From: an uncultured virus (IMG/VR IMGVR_UViG_3300042516_002585)
Lineage: Duplodnaviria > Heunggongvirae > Uroviricota > Caudoviricetes
IMG/VR virus record: IMGVR_UViG_3300042516_002585
DNA: 61,869 nt
Strand: one strand, 5' to 3'
The notes under the pieces were generated by a model. That model had not been told where the DNA came from. It saw only the letters and a list, made by a program, of their open reading frames with translations, and did not search any database. This document shows positions 49,355-56,923 of the stretch, one piece after another; the first letter of the stretch is position 1; every line of letters begins with the position of its first letter. A program made the position numbers and the translations under genes.

Positions 49355-49410
49355 CCACTTTAAAAACTGTCACAGGGGGCACTTGGTTGCCCCCTTTTTG
49401 CTTGTATAAT
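49355..49410 (+). promoter_or_regulatory. Early-type promoter with CCACTT..AAACTGTCACA motif and overlapping terminator
   Basis: Motif 49355-49374, hairpin GGGGGCA/TGCCCCC plus T-run, -10 TATAAT at 49405. Confidence 0.65.
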
Positions 49411-49442
49411 TACTTTGTTGAAACAAACCACCTAACTACATT

Positions 49443-50546
49443 ATGCCTCGCAAATCTTCCGTGAACGACAACCAACTCATTGAATCCATCAAAGAACTTT
49501 ATGGTTCTGAAATCACCACTGGCGACCTTCGCGGTTTTTGTGCTTCTCGCAGTCTTAACTATCAAACTGTTTGTCGCCATTTGGAGAACTACAAGGTTGG
49601 TCGTGGTCGTTGGAATCTGGAAGTGACTCCGACTGTTGTAAATAAAATGGAGCAAGCATATCAAGCTCCCGCTGCTCTCCCTGCTGTGGAACAAAATCTC
49701 ATTCCTGAAAAAGATGATACCTTCGTCAAGTTTGGTAACTTTGCTGATATTAAAAAGATTATCCAGTCCCTTCTTTTTTATCCGACGTTTATTACGGGTC
49801 TTTCGGGTAATGGTAAAACGTTCAGCGTTGAGCAAGCGTGTGCTCAACTTAAACGAGAACTGATTCGTGTTAACATTACCATCGAAACAGATGAAGATGA
49901 TTTGATCGGTGGTTTCCGTCTTGTTGATGGAAATACTGCTTGGCACAATGGTCCTGTGATTGAGGCACTGGAGCGAGGTGCAATTCTGCTTCTTGATGAA
50001 ATCGACCTTGCTAGCAACAAGATTCTGTGCCTCCAATCTATCCTTGAAGGTAAAGGTGTCTTTCTGAAAAAGATTGGTCGCTGGGTAAAACCCGCTGCTG
50101 GATTCAACGTGTTTGCCACTGCCAACACCAAGGGTAAGGGTTCTGATGATGGTCGCTTCATCGGCACCAACGTTCTCAATGAGGCATTCCTCGAGCGTTT
50201 CCCTGTGACCTTTGAGCAGTCCTATCCCGCTCCTGCTACTGAGCAAAAGATCCTGGAAGGCATCGCTCTGGATCTTGGATTGGAGGATCGTGATTTCTGC
50301 AAGCGTCTGGTAGATTGGGCAGACATCATTCGTAAGACTTTCTACGATGGTGGTATTGAGGAAATCATCAGCACCCGCCGCCTGGTTCACATTATCCGTG
50401 CTTATAGCATCTTTGGTAACAAAGCAAAAGCAATTGATGTTTGCACTGCACGATTTGATGATGAAACTAAGCAGGCATTCATTGAACTTTATGATAAGGT
50501 GGATGCTGATTTCCAACTTCCTGTTGACCAGGAGCAACAATCCTGA
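49443..50546 (+). CDS. cobS: CobS-like MoxR-family AAA+ ATPase
   Basis: GLSGNGKT, TDEDDLIGG, LLLDEID, TANTKGKG, NEAFLERF, ISTRRL. Confidence 0.9.
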   Translation: MPRKSSVNDNQLIESIKELYGSEITTGDLRGFCASRSLNYQTVCRHLENYKVGRGRWNLEVTPTVVNKMEQAYQAPAALPAVEQNLIPEKDDTFVKFGNFADIKKIIQSLLFYPTFITGLSGNGKTFSVEQACAQLKRELIRVNITIETDEDDLIGGFRLVDGNTAWHNGPVIEALERGAILLLDEIDLASNKILCLQSILEGKGVFLKKIGRWVKPAAGFNVFATANTKGKGSDDGRFIGTNVLNEAFLERFPVTFEQSYPAPATEQKILEGIALDLGLEDRDFCKRLVDWADIIRKTFYDGGIEEIISTRRLVHIIRAYSIFGNKAKAIDVCTARFDDETKQAFIELYDKVDADFQLPVDQEQQS

Positions 50547-50552
50547 TAGAAT
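50524..50552 (+). promoter_or_regulatory. Sigma70-like promoter
   Basis: TTGACC-N17-TAGAAT. Confidence 0.6.
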
Positions 50553-50554
50553 GT

Positions 50555-50581
50555 GAGGAGGTCAATGTGCCTCCTCTTTTT
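50555..50581 (+). terminator. Hairpin/terminator after cobS
   Basis: GAGGAGG...CCTCCTC followed by a T-run. Confidence 0.65.
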
Positions 50582-50601
50582 AACCTTTACTATGATTTAA
50601 A

Positions 50602-51120
50602 ATGTCAGAAAACTTTGAGAGCACTTACGAAAGTTCTTTGCCCACTTCTTGGAAAGACACCGTAATCTTTGGTGGGGAAGGAACTGATACTATCTCCTTT
50701 AATGGAGCAGAGGATTTTGTGTATGCTGCACAATCTGTTCCATTCACTTATTTTGGAAATTCTTCTCCTGATACTATTACTTTTAATCTTAATATGAGTG
50801 AAACTAAAAACCATCTTTGGAAATACAATGAGGATAAAATCCTCAAAGATGTGGAAGACTATGTGACAAGCACTTATCATGGACACTACTGTGGAGATGA
50901 GCAAGGGTATGATGACATTCAAACAATTGATCTGATGGCAGCTAAAAAACTTGCTGCTGGTTTCTGTCAGGCAAATATCCTGAAATATGGCAGTCGTTAT
51001 GGTGATAAAGATGGTCGCAATAAGCGAGATCTTCTCAAAGTGATTCATTATGCTATGCTTCTGCTTCACTTTGATGGTCATTACTCTCGTAAAGACAATG
51101 GTCTTTCCGAATTCCGCTGA
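50602..51120 (+). CDS. DUF3310/SaV-like protein (putative nucleotide kinase)
   Basis: TY..HY, FCQANILKY..RYG.K.G....DLLK..HY pattern. Confidence 0.65.
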   Translation: MSENFESTYESSLPTSWKDTVIFGGEGTDTISFNGAEDFVYAAQSVPFTYFGNSSPDTITFNLNMSETKNHLWKYNEDKILKDVEDYVTSTYHGHYCGDEQGYDDIQTIDLMAAKKLAAGFCQANILKYGSRYGDKDGRNKRDLLKVIHYAMLLLHFDGHYSRKDNGLSEFR

Positions 51121-51122
51121 TT

Positions 51123-51809
51123 ATGAAACTTAAAGATAAAACTATGAAACTTTCTGACAATACCCTGACCATTCTCAAGAATTTTGCTGGTATCAACAAT
51201 TCTATTCTTGTGAAGCAGGGAAACAAACTCCGCACTATCTCTGTTGCTAAGAACATTCTTGCCGAAGCAGATATTACTGAGGAGTTTCCTCGTAGTTTTG
51301 CAATCTACGATCTCAATCAATTTCTGAATGGTCTTGGACTCCACCAGGATCCTGATCTTGATTTTACTGAGGATTCTTATCTTAGTATCAAAGAAGGTAA
51401 GCGTCGTGTGAAGTATTTCTTTGCTGATCCTAATGTAATTATCTCTCCTCCTGATAAGGACATTCAACTTCCTTCAACGGATGTGTGTTTTCAACTGGAT
51501 AGCACTTCTTTGGAAAAACTGGTGAAGGCAGCAGCAGTTTATCAACTTCCTGACCTTTCTGCTGTTGGTGAGAATGGTGTGATCAAATTGGTGGTTCGTG
51601 ATAAGAAGAACGATACTTCTAACGAATATGCCATCGTTGTTGGTGAAACTGATGAAGAGTTTACCTTCAACTTTAAGGTTGAAAATATCAAGATCATCCC
51701 TGGTGCTTACGACGTGGTGGTCTCTTCTAAACTTTTGTCACAGTTCACGAATACCAAGTACAATCTGACCTATTATATTGCTCTGGAACCTGATTCTACA
51801 TTTGGTTGA
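51123..51809 (+). CDS. gp45: Sliding clamp gp45
   Basis: MKLS..T..ILKNFA.IN.SI, FAIYDLNQFL, YYIALE. Confidence 0.95.
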   Translation: MKLKDKTMKLSDNTLTILKNFAGINNSILVKQGNKLRTISVAKNILAEADITEEFPRSFAIYDLNQFLNGLGLHQDPDLDFTEDSYLSIKEGKRRVKYFFADPNVIISPPDKDIQLPSTDVCFQLDSTSLEKLVKAAAVYQLPDLSAVGENGVIKLVVRDKKNDTSNEYAIVVGETDEEFTFNFKVENIKIIPGAYDVVVSSKLLSQFTNTKYNLTYYIALEPDSTFG

Positions 51810-52321
51810 TGAACATTTTTGTTACTTCTCCTTGGCCTGCTGAGAGTGCTATTTGCCTCCCCGATAAGCACATCGTCAAAATGCCCTTAGAATGTTGCCA
51901 AATGCTTTCTATTGTGGCATCAGACAAGTGGGGATACGGGTATGGTACTCTTCCTAAGGCAGATGGAACCCCTTACAGGACCGAGAAAGGAGCATTCCGC
52001 AATCATCCCTGTACTAAGTGGGCATTGGAGAGTATCCATAATGCCTACTGGTTAATTAAGTGGGGGTTGAACTTGTCAGATGAATACTGTTTGCGGTATA
52101 ATAAAACTCACTCCTGTTATAAAACCCTAGTGGATGCATATTATTTGTTTCCTAAGGGTAAGATTACAGAAGTGACTCCATTTGCTCGTGCTATGCCTGA
52201 GGAGTGGAAGTTTGACAACACTATTGATACATTTGAAGCATACAAGAAATATATCGCATCCAAACCTTGGGTTGCCGATAATTACCTTCGTATGCCTGAA
52301 AGAAAACCTGATTGGATTTGA
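51809..52321 (+). CDS. Pyrimidine-dimer DNA glycosylase (DenV-like family)
   Basis: MNIF......SA..LPDKHIVKMPLE..QML, NHPCT.W, RY.K.H, AMP. Confidence 0.75.
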   Translation: MNIFVTSPWPAESAICLPDKHIVKMPLECCQMLSIVASDKWGYGYGTLPKADGTPYRTEKGAFRNHPCTKWALESIHNAYWLIKWGLNLSDEYCLRYNKTHSCYKTLVDAYYLFPKGKITEVTPFARAMPEEWKFDNTIDTFEAYKKYIASKPWVADNYLRMPERKPDWI

Positions 52322-52323
52322 TT

Positions 52324-53268
52324 ATGAGCAGTGATTTCCTCTTCGTGGAACGATATCGTCCTCAAGTAATTGAGGATTGTATTCTTCCTGATGAAACTAA
52401 AAAAACATTTAAGGAGTTTGTGGAGAAGGGTGAGATTCCGAATCTTCTTCTCGCAGGACCTCCTGGTATTGGTAAAACTACCATTGCAAAAGCATTGTGT
52501 AATGAGTTGGGAGCAGACTATTATGTTATCAACGGATCCGACGAAGGGCGTTTCCTGGATACTGTACGGAACCAAGCGAAGAACTTCGCTTCGACCGTCT
52601 CACTTACTGGATCTTCTAAACACAAAGTCATCATCATCGATGAGGCTGATAACACAGGGAACGACGTACAACTCCTACTACGGGCGAATATTGAGGCATT
52701 TTATAACAACTGCCGATTCATCTTCACCTGCAACTACAAAAACAAAATTATTGAACCTCTTCACTCCCGATGTGCAGTCATCGACTTCACAATCAAAGGA
52801 AAGCAGCGAGTACAACTTGCAGGGAATTTCTTTCAAAGGTTACAATTTATCCTCGATCAGGAAAAGATTGAGTATGATCAAAAAGTCGTTGCGGAACTCG
52901 TATCCAAGCATTTTCCCGATTTTCGACGTGTTCTAAACGAAATCCAGAGGTATTCTACTGGTGGTAAAATTGATTCGGGAATTCTCGCATCTTTCTCTGA
53001 CGTATCTGTAAATGAACTTGTTAAATCTCTCAAGGATAAAAACTTTTCTGAAGTCCGAAAGTGGGTGGTCTCCAACTTGGACAACGACGCTTCTCACCTT
53101 CTTCGCAGGGTTTATGACGCCGCTTTTGATCACCTTGTTCCCTCATCTATCCCTGCTGCCGTTCTTGTTATTGCTAAGTATCAATACCAATGTGCGTTCG
53201 TGGCTGACCAAGAAATTAATCTCTTAGCTGCATTGACTGAAATGATGGTGGAGTGTGAATTTAAATGA
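52324..53268 (+). CDS. gp44: Clamp loader large subunit gp44
   Basis: VERYRP, GPPGIGKTT, IIIDEAD, PLHSRC, FPDFRR. Confidence 0.96.
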   Translation: MSSDFLFVERYRPQVIEDCILPDETKKTFKEFVEKGEIPNLLLAGPPGIGKTTIAKALCNELGADYYVINGSDEGRFLDTVRNQAKNFASTVSLTGSSKHKVIIIDEADNTGNDVQLLLRANIEAFYNNCRFIFTCNYKNKIIEPLHSRCAVIDFTIKGKQRVQLAGNFFQRLQFILDQEKIEYDQKVVAELVSKHFPDFRRVLNEIQRYSTGGKIDSGILASFSDVSVNELVKSLKDKNFSEVRKWVVSNLDNDASHLLRRVYDAAFDHLVPSSIPAAVLVIAKYQYQCAFVADQEINLLAALTEMMVECEFK

Positions 53269-53471
53269 ATCCTTATAAAATCAATAAGGCATCTCTGGTA
53301 GAACATCCAGTTAAGACAACTCCTGAAAATGTACGAGAGGCAAATGAAGGTCTCTTTCGTGCAAAAATGACTCTTCCTGCTGCCGCAAAGCATTGTGGTA
53401 TGACACAGAAAGAAATGAAACTAACTTTTTTTGAGTATTTGAAGTATAACAAACCTGATTATGAAAACTGA
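53265..53471 (+). CDS. Small hypothetical protein (HTH-like)
   Basis: MTLPAAAKHCGMTQKEMK pattern. Confidence 0.6.
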   Translation: MNPYKINKASLVEHPVKTTPENVREANEGLFRAKMTLPAAAKHCGMTQKEMKLTFFEYLKYNKPDYEN

Positions 53472-54030
53472 AATTAAATTTGATTTTGAAATGGTTATGG
53501 GTGTGGTTGAGTACACTCGCCGTCTTCGGTTTGGTGGGCAAAAATTTAGTCGCGCCATTATGATTGAAAAGGCAATTGAAAAGACTAGTAAAAATTTGAC
53601 CTATGTTGGATTGGATGATACTTTAGGTCATGATTTTACTACCAAAGTAAATGGAGAAATTTGGCGTTTAGAAGCAAAGGGTGCGGATCATTTATTTCAG
53701 ACTGATAGAACTTTTAATACTGTTAAAATAACTCTTAAAAATTTTCAAGGAAATGTGAATAATAATTTTCCTGAAAAAAAGTTTGATGAAATGATTTTAA
53801 TCGATCAGACTCAAAGGCACATTGGTATCGTATCCTTTGAGGATGCTTTGAAAAATTTTGATCCTAAAAAAAACCTTAAAAAATCTGGATTGAAGATTGT
53901 TGTTGATAAAAGAGATGTTGAGTATATTGCTAAAAATGTTTCTCTTGCTCCTAAAAACCAAGTAAAAGAACTGTATCACGAAATTGTTGATGAACTTTAT
54001 AAGTGGGAGGATGAATCTGATGAGTGGTAG
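53461..54030 (+). CDS. Putative PD-(D/E)XK nuclease
   Basis: E...K...GHDF...WRLEAKG catalytic-like spacing; AT-rich; abuts dam. Confidence 0.5.
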   Translation: MKTEIKFDFEMVMGVVEYTRRLRFGGQKFSRAIMIEKAIEKTSKNLTYVGLDDTLGHDFTTKVNGEIWRLEAKGADHLFQTDRTFNTVKITLKNFQGNVNNNFPEKKFDEMILIDQTQRHIGIVSFEDALKNFDPKKNLKKSGLKIVVDKRDVEYIAKNVSLAPKNQVKELYHEIVDELYKWEDESDEW

Positions 54031-54031
54031 T

Positions 54032-54874
54032 ATGAAATCTCTTAAAACGCCATTGCGCTACCCCGGAGGTAAGTCCCGTGCTTGTGAAAAAATGGGGCAA
54101 TATTTTCCCGATCTTCGTAACTATGAACAGTTCCGTGAACCATTCCTTGGTGGAGGAAGTGTTGCAATTTATATCACAAAGAAGTATCCCAACCTAGATA
54201 TTTGGGTAAATGACTTATATGAACCTCTTGTAAACTTCTGGCAGCAACTCCAGATGTTTGGTACTGATATTAAAGACAAACTGGTAGATTTAAAGACCGC
54301 AAACAATACTCCCGTTTTAGCAAGAGAACTTTTTCTTAAAGCAAAGGAGCAAATCAATGACCAAAGTTTGCCTAGCATTGATCGTGCTGTGGCTTTCTAT
54401 ATTGTCAATAAGTGTTCTTTCAGTGGTCTCACAGAGAGTTCTTCATTTTCAGAACAGGCGTCCAACTCCAATTTTTCAATGCGTGGGATTGAAAAGTTGC
54501 CTGAGTATTCTAAACTAATTTCCAAATGGCGTATAACTAACTATTCCTACGACTATTTGTTGGATGGAAATATGGGTGCTTTTGTGTATCTCGATCCTCC
54601 TTATGATATTAAGGATAATCTCTATGGGCGCAAGGGATCAATGCACAAAGGATTTGATCACGATAAGTTTGCTGCTGATTGTGATGCTTGCTATATGCAT
54701 CAACTAATAAGTTATAATTCTGATCAACTGGTTAAAGATCGCTTTAAGAACTGGAAGACAGGTGAGTTTGATCTAACTTATACGATGCGTTCTGTTGGTG
54801 AATATATGCGGGAGCAAAAAGAAAGAAAGGAACTTTTACTGTTTAATTATAATAAAGATTTGTTATGGAATTGA
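54032..54874 (+). CDS. dam: DNA adenine methyltransferase (Dam/D12 class)
   Basis: LRYPGGKS, EPFLGGGS, VND, YLDPPY; start could be 54020 or 54032. Confidence 0.92.
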   Translation: MKSLKTPLRYPGGKSRACEKMGQYFPDLRNYEQFREPFLGGGSVAIYITKKYPNLDIWVNDLYEPLVNFWQQLQMFGTDIKDKLVDLKTANNTPVLARELFLKAKEQINDQSLPSIDRAVAFYIVNKCSFSGLTESSSFSEQASNSNFSMRGIEKLPEYSKLISKWRITNYSYDYLLDGNMGAFVYLDPPYDIKDNLYGRKGSMHKGFDHDKFAADCDACYMHQLISYNSDQLVKDRFKNWKTGEFDLTYTMRSVGEYMREQKERKELLLFNYNKDLLWN

Positions 54875-55245
54875 AGGACTGGTTAAACTCGATCAATCAA
54901 ACGAAGCAAAACCTGATTGAAGAAGACCCTTCACTTGAAAAGGAATATCCTCCTTATATCATCAATCGTTGTTTTTCTGGACACCTTGATGCAGTGATGT
55001 TTGCGAATGAAATGAATCGATATCATTTCCTTCCCAAGAAGATGCAGTATGACTTTTTTATAAATAGTCTGAGGAAAAAGAAGAGATTTTCTCCCTGGCT
55101 CCGTCAAGATAAAATCAAAGACCTTGATTATGTCAAACGTTATTATGGTTATAGTAATGAAAAGGCAAAACAAGCTTTGAGGATTCTTACAAAAGAACAA
55201 CTAACATTTATTAAATCGAAATTTGAAACTGGAGGAAAAAAATGA
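54865..55245 (+). CDS. gp62: Clamp loader small subunit gp62
   Basis: YPPYIINR..S...D..MFANEMN, QYDFF, YYGYSNEKA. Confidence 0.93.
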   Translation: MELKDWLNSINQTKQNLIEEDPSLEKEYPPYIINRCFSGHLDAVMFANEMNRYHFLPKKMQYDFFINSLRKKKRFSPWLRQDKIKDLDYVKRYYGYSNEKAKQALRILTKEQLTFIKSKFETGGKK

Positions 55246-55682
55246 GTGTCGTTCAAGAACCTGAAGTGAAGTGGTCGCCCGATCAAATGGTTGAAGTGGT
55301 TCTTAATGAACCTGATGACTTTTTGAAAGTGCGTGAAACTTTGACTCGTATTGGAGTCGCATCACGAAAGGAAAAGAAAATTTATCAATCTTGCCATATT
55401 CTACACAAGCAAGGTAGATATTATCTCGTTCACTTTAAGGAACTGTTTGCTCTGGATGGTAAACATGCAAACCTGACCGTGAATGATGTTCAGCGTCGCA
55501 ATCGCATTGCTCAACTTCTTGCTGACTGGGGTCTCATCACTATTGTTGATGTAACCAAGATTCAAGATATTGCTCCACTCAACCAAATCAAAGTTCTTGC
55601 TTATAAAGATAAGGGTGACTGGATTCTGGAAACCAAATACAATATTGGTTCCAAAAAGAAGAGAGTAGAAGAAACCGAATGA
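55242..55682 (+). CDS. regA: Translational repressor RegA
   Basis: DDFLKVRETLTRIGVAS, YQSCHILHKQGRYY.VHFKELF.LDG. Confidence 0.97.
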   Translation: MSVVQEPEVKWSPDQMVEVVLNEPDDFLKVRETLTRIGVASRKEKKIYQSCHILHKQGRYYLVHFKELFALDGKHANLTVNDVQRRNRIAQLLADWGLITIVDVTKIQDIAPLNQIKVLAYKDKGDWILETKYNIGSKKKRVEETE

Positions 55683-55686
55683 TAAG

Positions 55687-55713
55687 GAGCGGGTTACAAC
55701 ACCCGCTTTTTTT
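55687..55713 (+). terminator. Terminator after regA
   Basis: AGCGGGT...ACCCGCT followed by a T-run. Confidence 0.8.
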
Positions 55714-55720
55714 ATGCTTC

Positions 55721-55789
55721 TGTTATAATTATATACGGATGCCGAAAGGGTCCACAAAACACAAACTCGCTTTTAAAGGAGCTACTATA
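55721..55789 (+). promoter_or_regulatory. hsp20 promoter and structured 5' leader (ROSE-like thermometer candidate)
   Basis: TGtTATAAT at 55721-55729; GAAA-tetraloop hairpin 55737-55753; CUCGCUU pairing with AAGGAG Shine-Dalgarno. Confidence 0.55.
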
Positions 55790-56230
55790 ATGACTAACCT
55801 TGCAACATCGCGGTTTACTGCGTCCGATCTTCCTGCCTTGATGGACAGGATTACTCGTAATAGCATTGGGATGGATGAATATTTTGATCGTCTATTCAAT
55901 CTTCATGAAACTACAACAAATTATCCTCCTTATAATTTGGTCCAAATAAATAATGTCGAATCCCATCTGGAACTCGCATTAGCAGGATTCAAGAAAGGAG
56001 AAGTCAATGTTTTCACAGAATATGGAAAGCTTTTTGTCGAAGGACAAAAAGCAGATGCCGAAACGGATAGGACGTTTATCCACAAGGGAGTGGCTCAAAG
56101 AAGTTTTAAACGAGCGTGGACTTTATCCGACGACACAGAAGTCCGCGAGGTCACATTTGAAGACGGACTTCTACGGATCGTACTTGGGAAAGTAGTGCCA
56201 GAACATCACGCCCGTAAGGACTATCTCTAA
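55790..56230 (+). CDS. hsp20: Small heat-shock protein Hsp20
   Basis: NYPPYN, LALAGF, HKGVAQRSF.R.W.L, FEDGLL.I.L; start 55790 follows AAGGAG. Confidence 0.95.
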   Translation: MTNLATSRFTASDLPALMDRITRNSIGMDEYFDRLFNLHETTTNYPPYNLVQINNVESHLELALAGFKKGEVNVFTEYGKLFVEGQKADAETDRTFIHKGVAQRSFKRAWTLSDDTEVREVTFEDGLLRIVLGKVVPEHHARKDYL

Positions 56231-56253
56231 ATAGAATTGAATATCGTCGGCGC

Positions 56254-56306
56254 GGGGAGCACCTGGCAAAATCCAGGTTGACTCCCCCTTTTTTTCTTGC
56301 TATAAT
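56254..56306 (+). terminator. Long hairpin terminator overlapping a sigma70 promoter
   Basis: GGGGAG-C-ACCTGG/CCAGGT-TGA-CTCCCC plus T-run; TTGACT(56278)-N17-TATAAT(56301). Confidence 0.75.
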
Positions 56307-56328
56307 AGTAAAAGGATAGTGAAACCAA

Positions 56329-56673
56329 ATGACTATTAAATTGATGCTCCTGAAAACAGGAGAGACTATAATTAGCGATGCAAAAGAAGTCGTTTCTGAT
56401 GAAGTTGTCAGAGGATATCTTTTGTCAAATCCACATTATGTTGAAACAAAAGAGAAAACGGTTTTAACTGAAAGTGATAGTGGAAGATCAAATTATGAGA
56501 TTGATGTTATTCTTACACCTTGGATGATTCTATCTAAGGATAAGAAATTTGTAATTACCTTAGATTATGTGGTTACGATTTGTGATCCCATTGACACTGT
56601 TATGGAAATGTATTTGAATAAGACTGGAGTTCCATTGCAAGTTGAGGAAAAGGAGGACGAAGAAAATGAGTGA
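56329..56673 (+). CDS. Conserved hypothetical protein (Sm-like fold candidate)
   Basis: IKL.LLKTGE.II, L.NP, L.PW pattern. Confidence 0.7.
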   Translation: MTIKLMLLKTGETIISDAKEVVSDEVVRGYLLSNPHYVETKEKTVLTESDSGRSNYEIDVILTPWMILSKDKKFVITLDYVVTICDPIDTVMEMYLNKTGVPLQVEEKEDEENE

Positions 56674-56923
56674 TAAAGTTGTAAAATGTATTTTAATCGG
56701 TGTTGATGTCATTCTTATTACAGAAATTGTTGAATTAATGGCGGATATTGGTGAACCTGATTGTAAACTTATTAATCCCTACCGATTTTATGATTTAAAT
56801 AAAATGGAACCCTGGGTTCAATCATCAAATCAAAAAGAATATATGGTAAGATCAAGTGATATTCTGACTATTGCTGATCCAAGTCCAGAAGTTATTGAAA
56901 AGTATCTTGAACTAACTGCATAA
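56666..56923 (+). CDS. Conserved hypothetical protein (distant paralog of the preceding gene)
   Basis: Start MSDKVV at 56666; GEPDCKLINPY, EPW, SDILTIADP. Confidence 0.7.
   Translation: MSDKVVKCILIGVDVILITEIVELMADIGEPDCKLINPYRFYDLNKMEPWVQSSNQKEYMVRSSDILTIADPSPEVIEKYLELTA

Noticed and set aside
49410..50540. 376-aa minus-strand ORF opposite cobS
   Set aside because: It mirrors a strongly codon-biased gene, has no recognisable motifs and no supporting expression signals; a typical antisense shadow ORF.
55679..55789. N-terminal extension of Hsp20 in the ORF track
   Set aside because: It spans a terminator, a promoter and the leader; the AAGGAG-preceded ATG at 55790 is the credible start.
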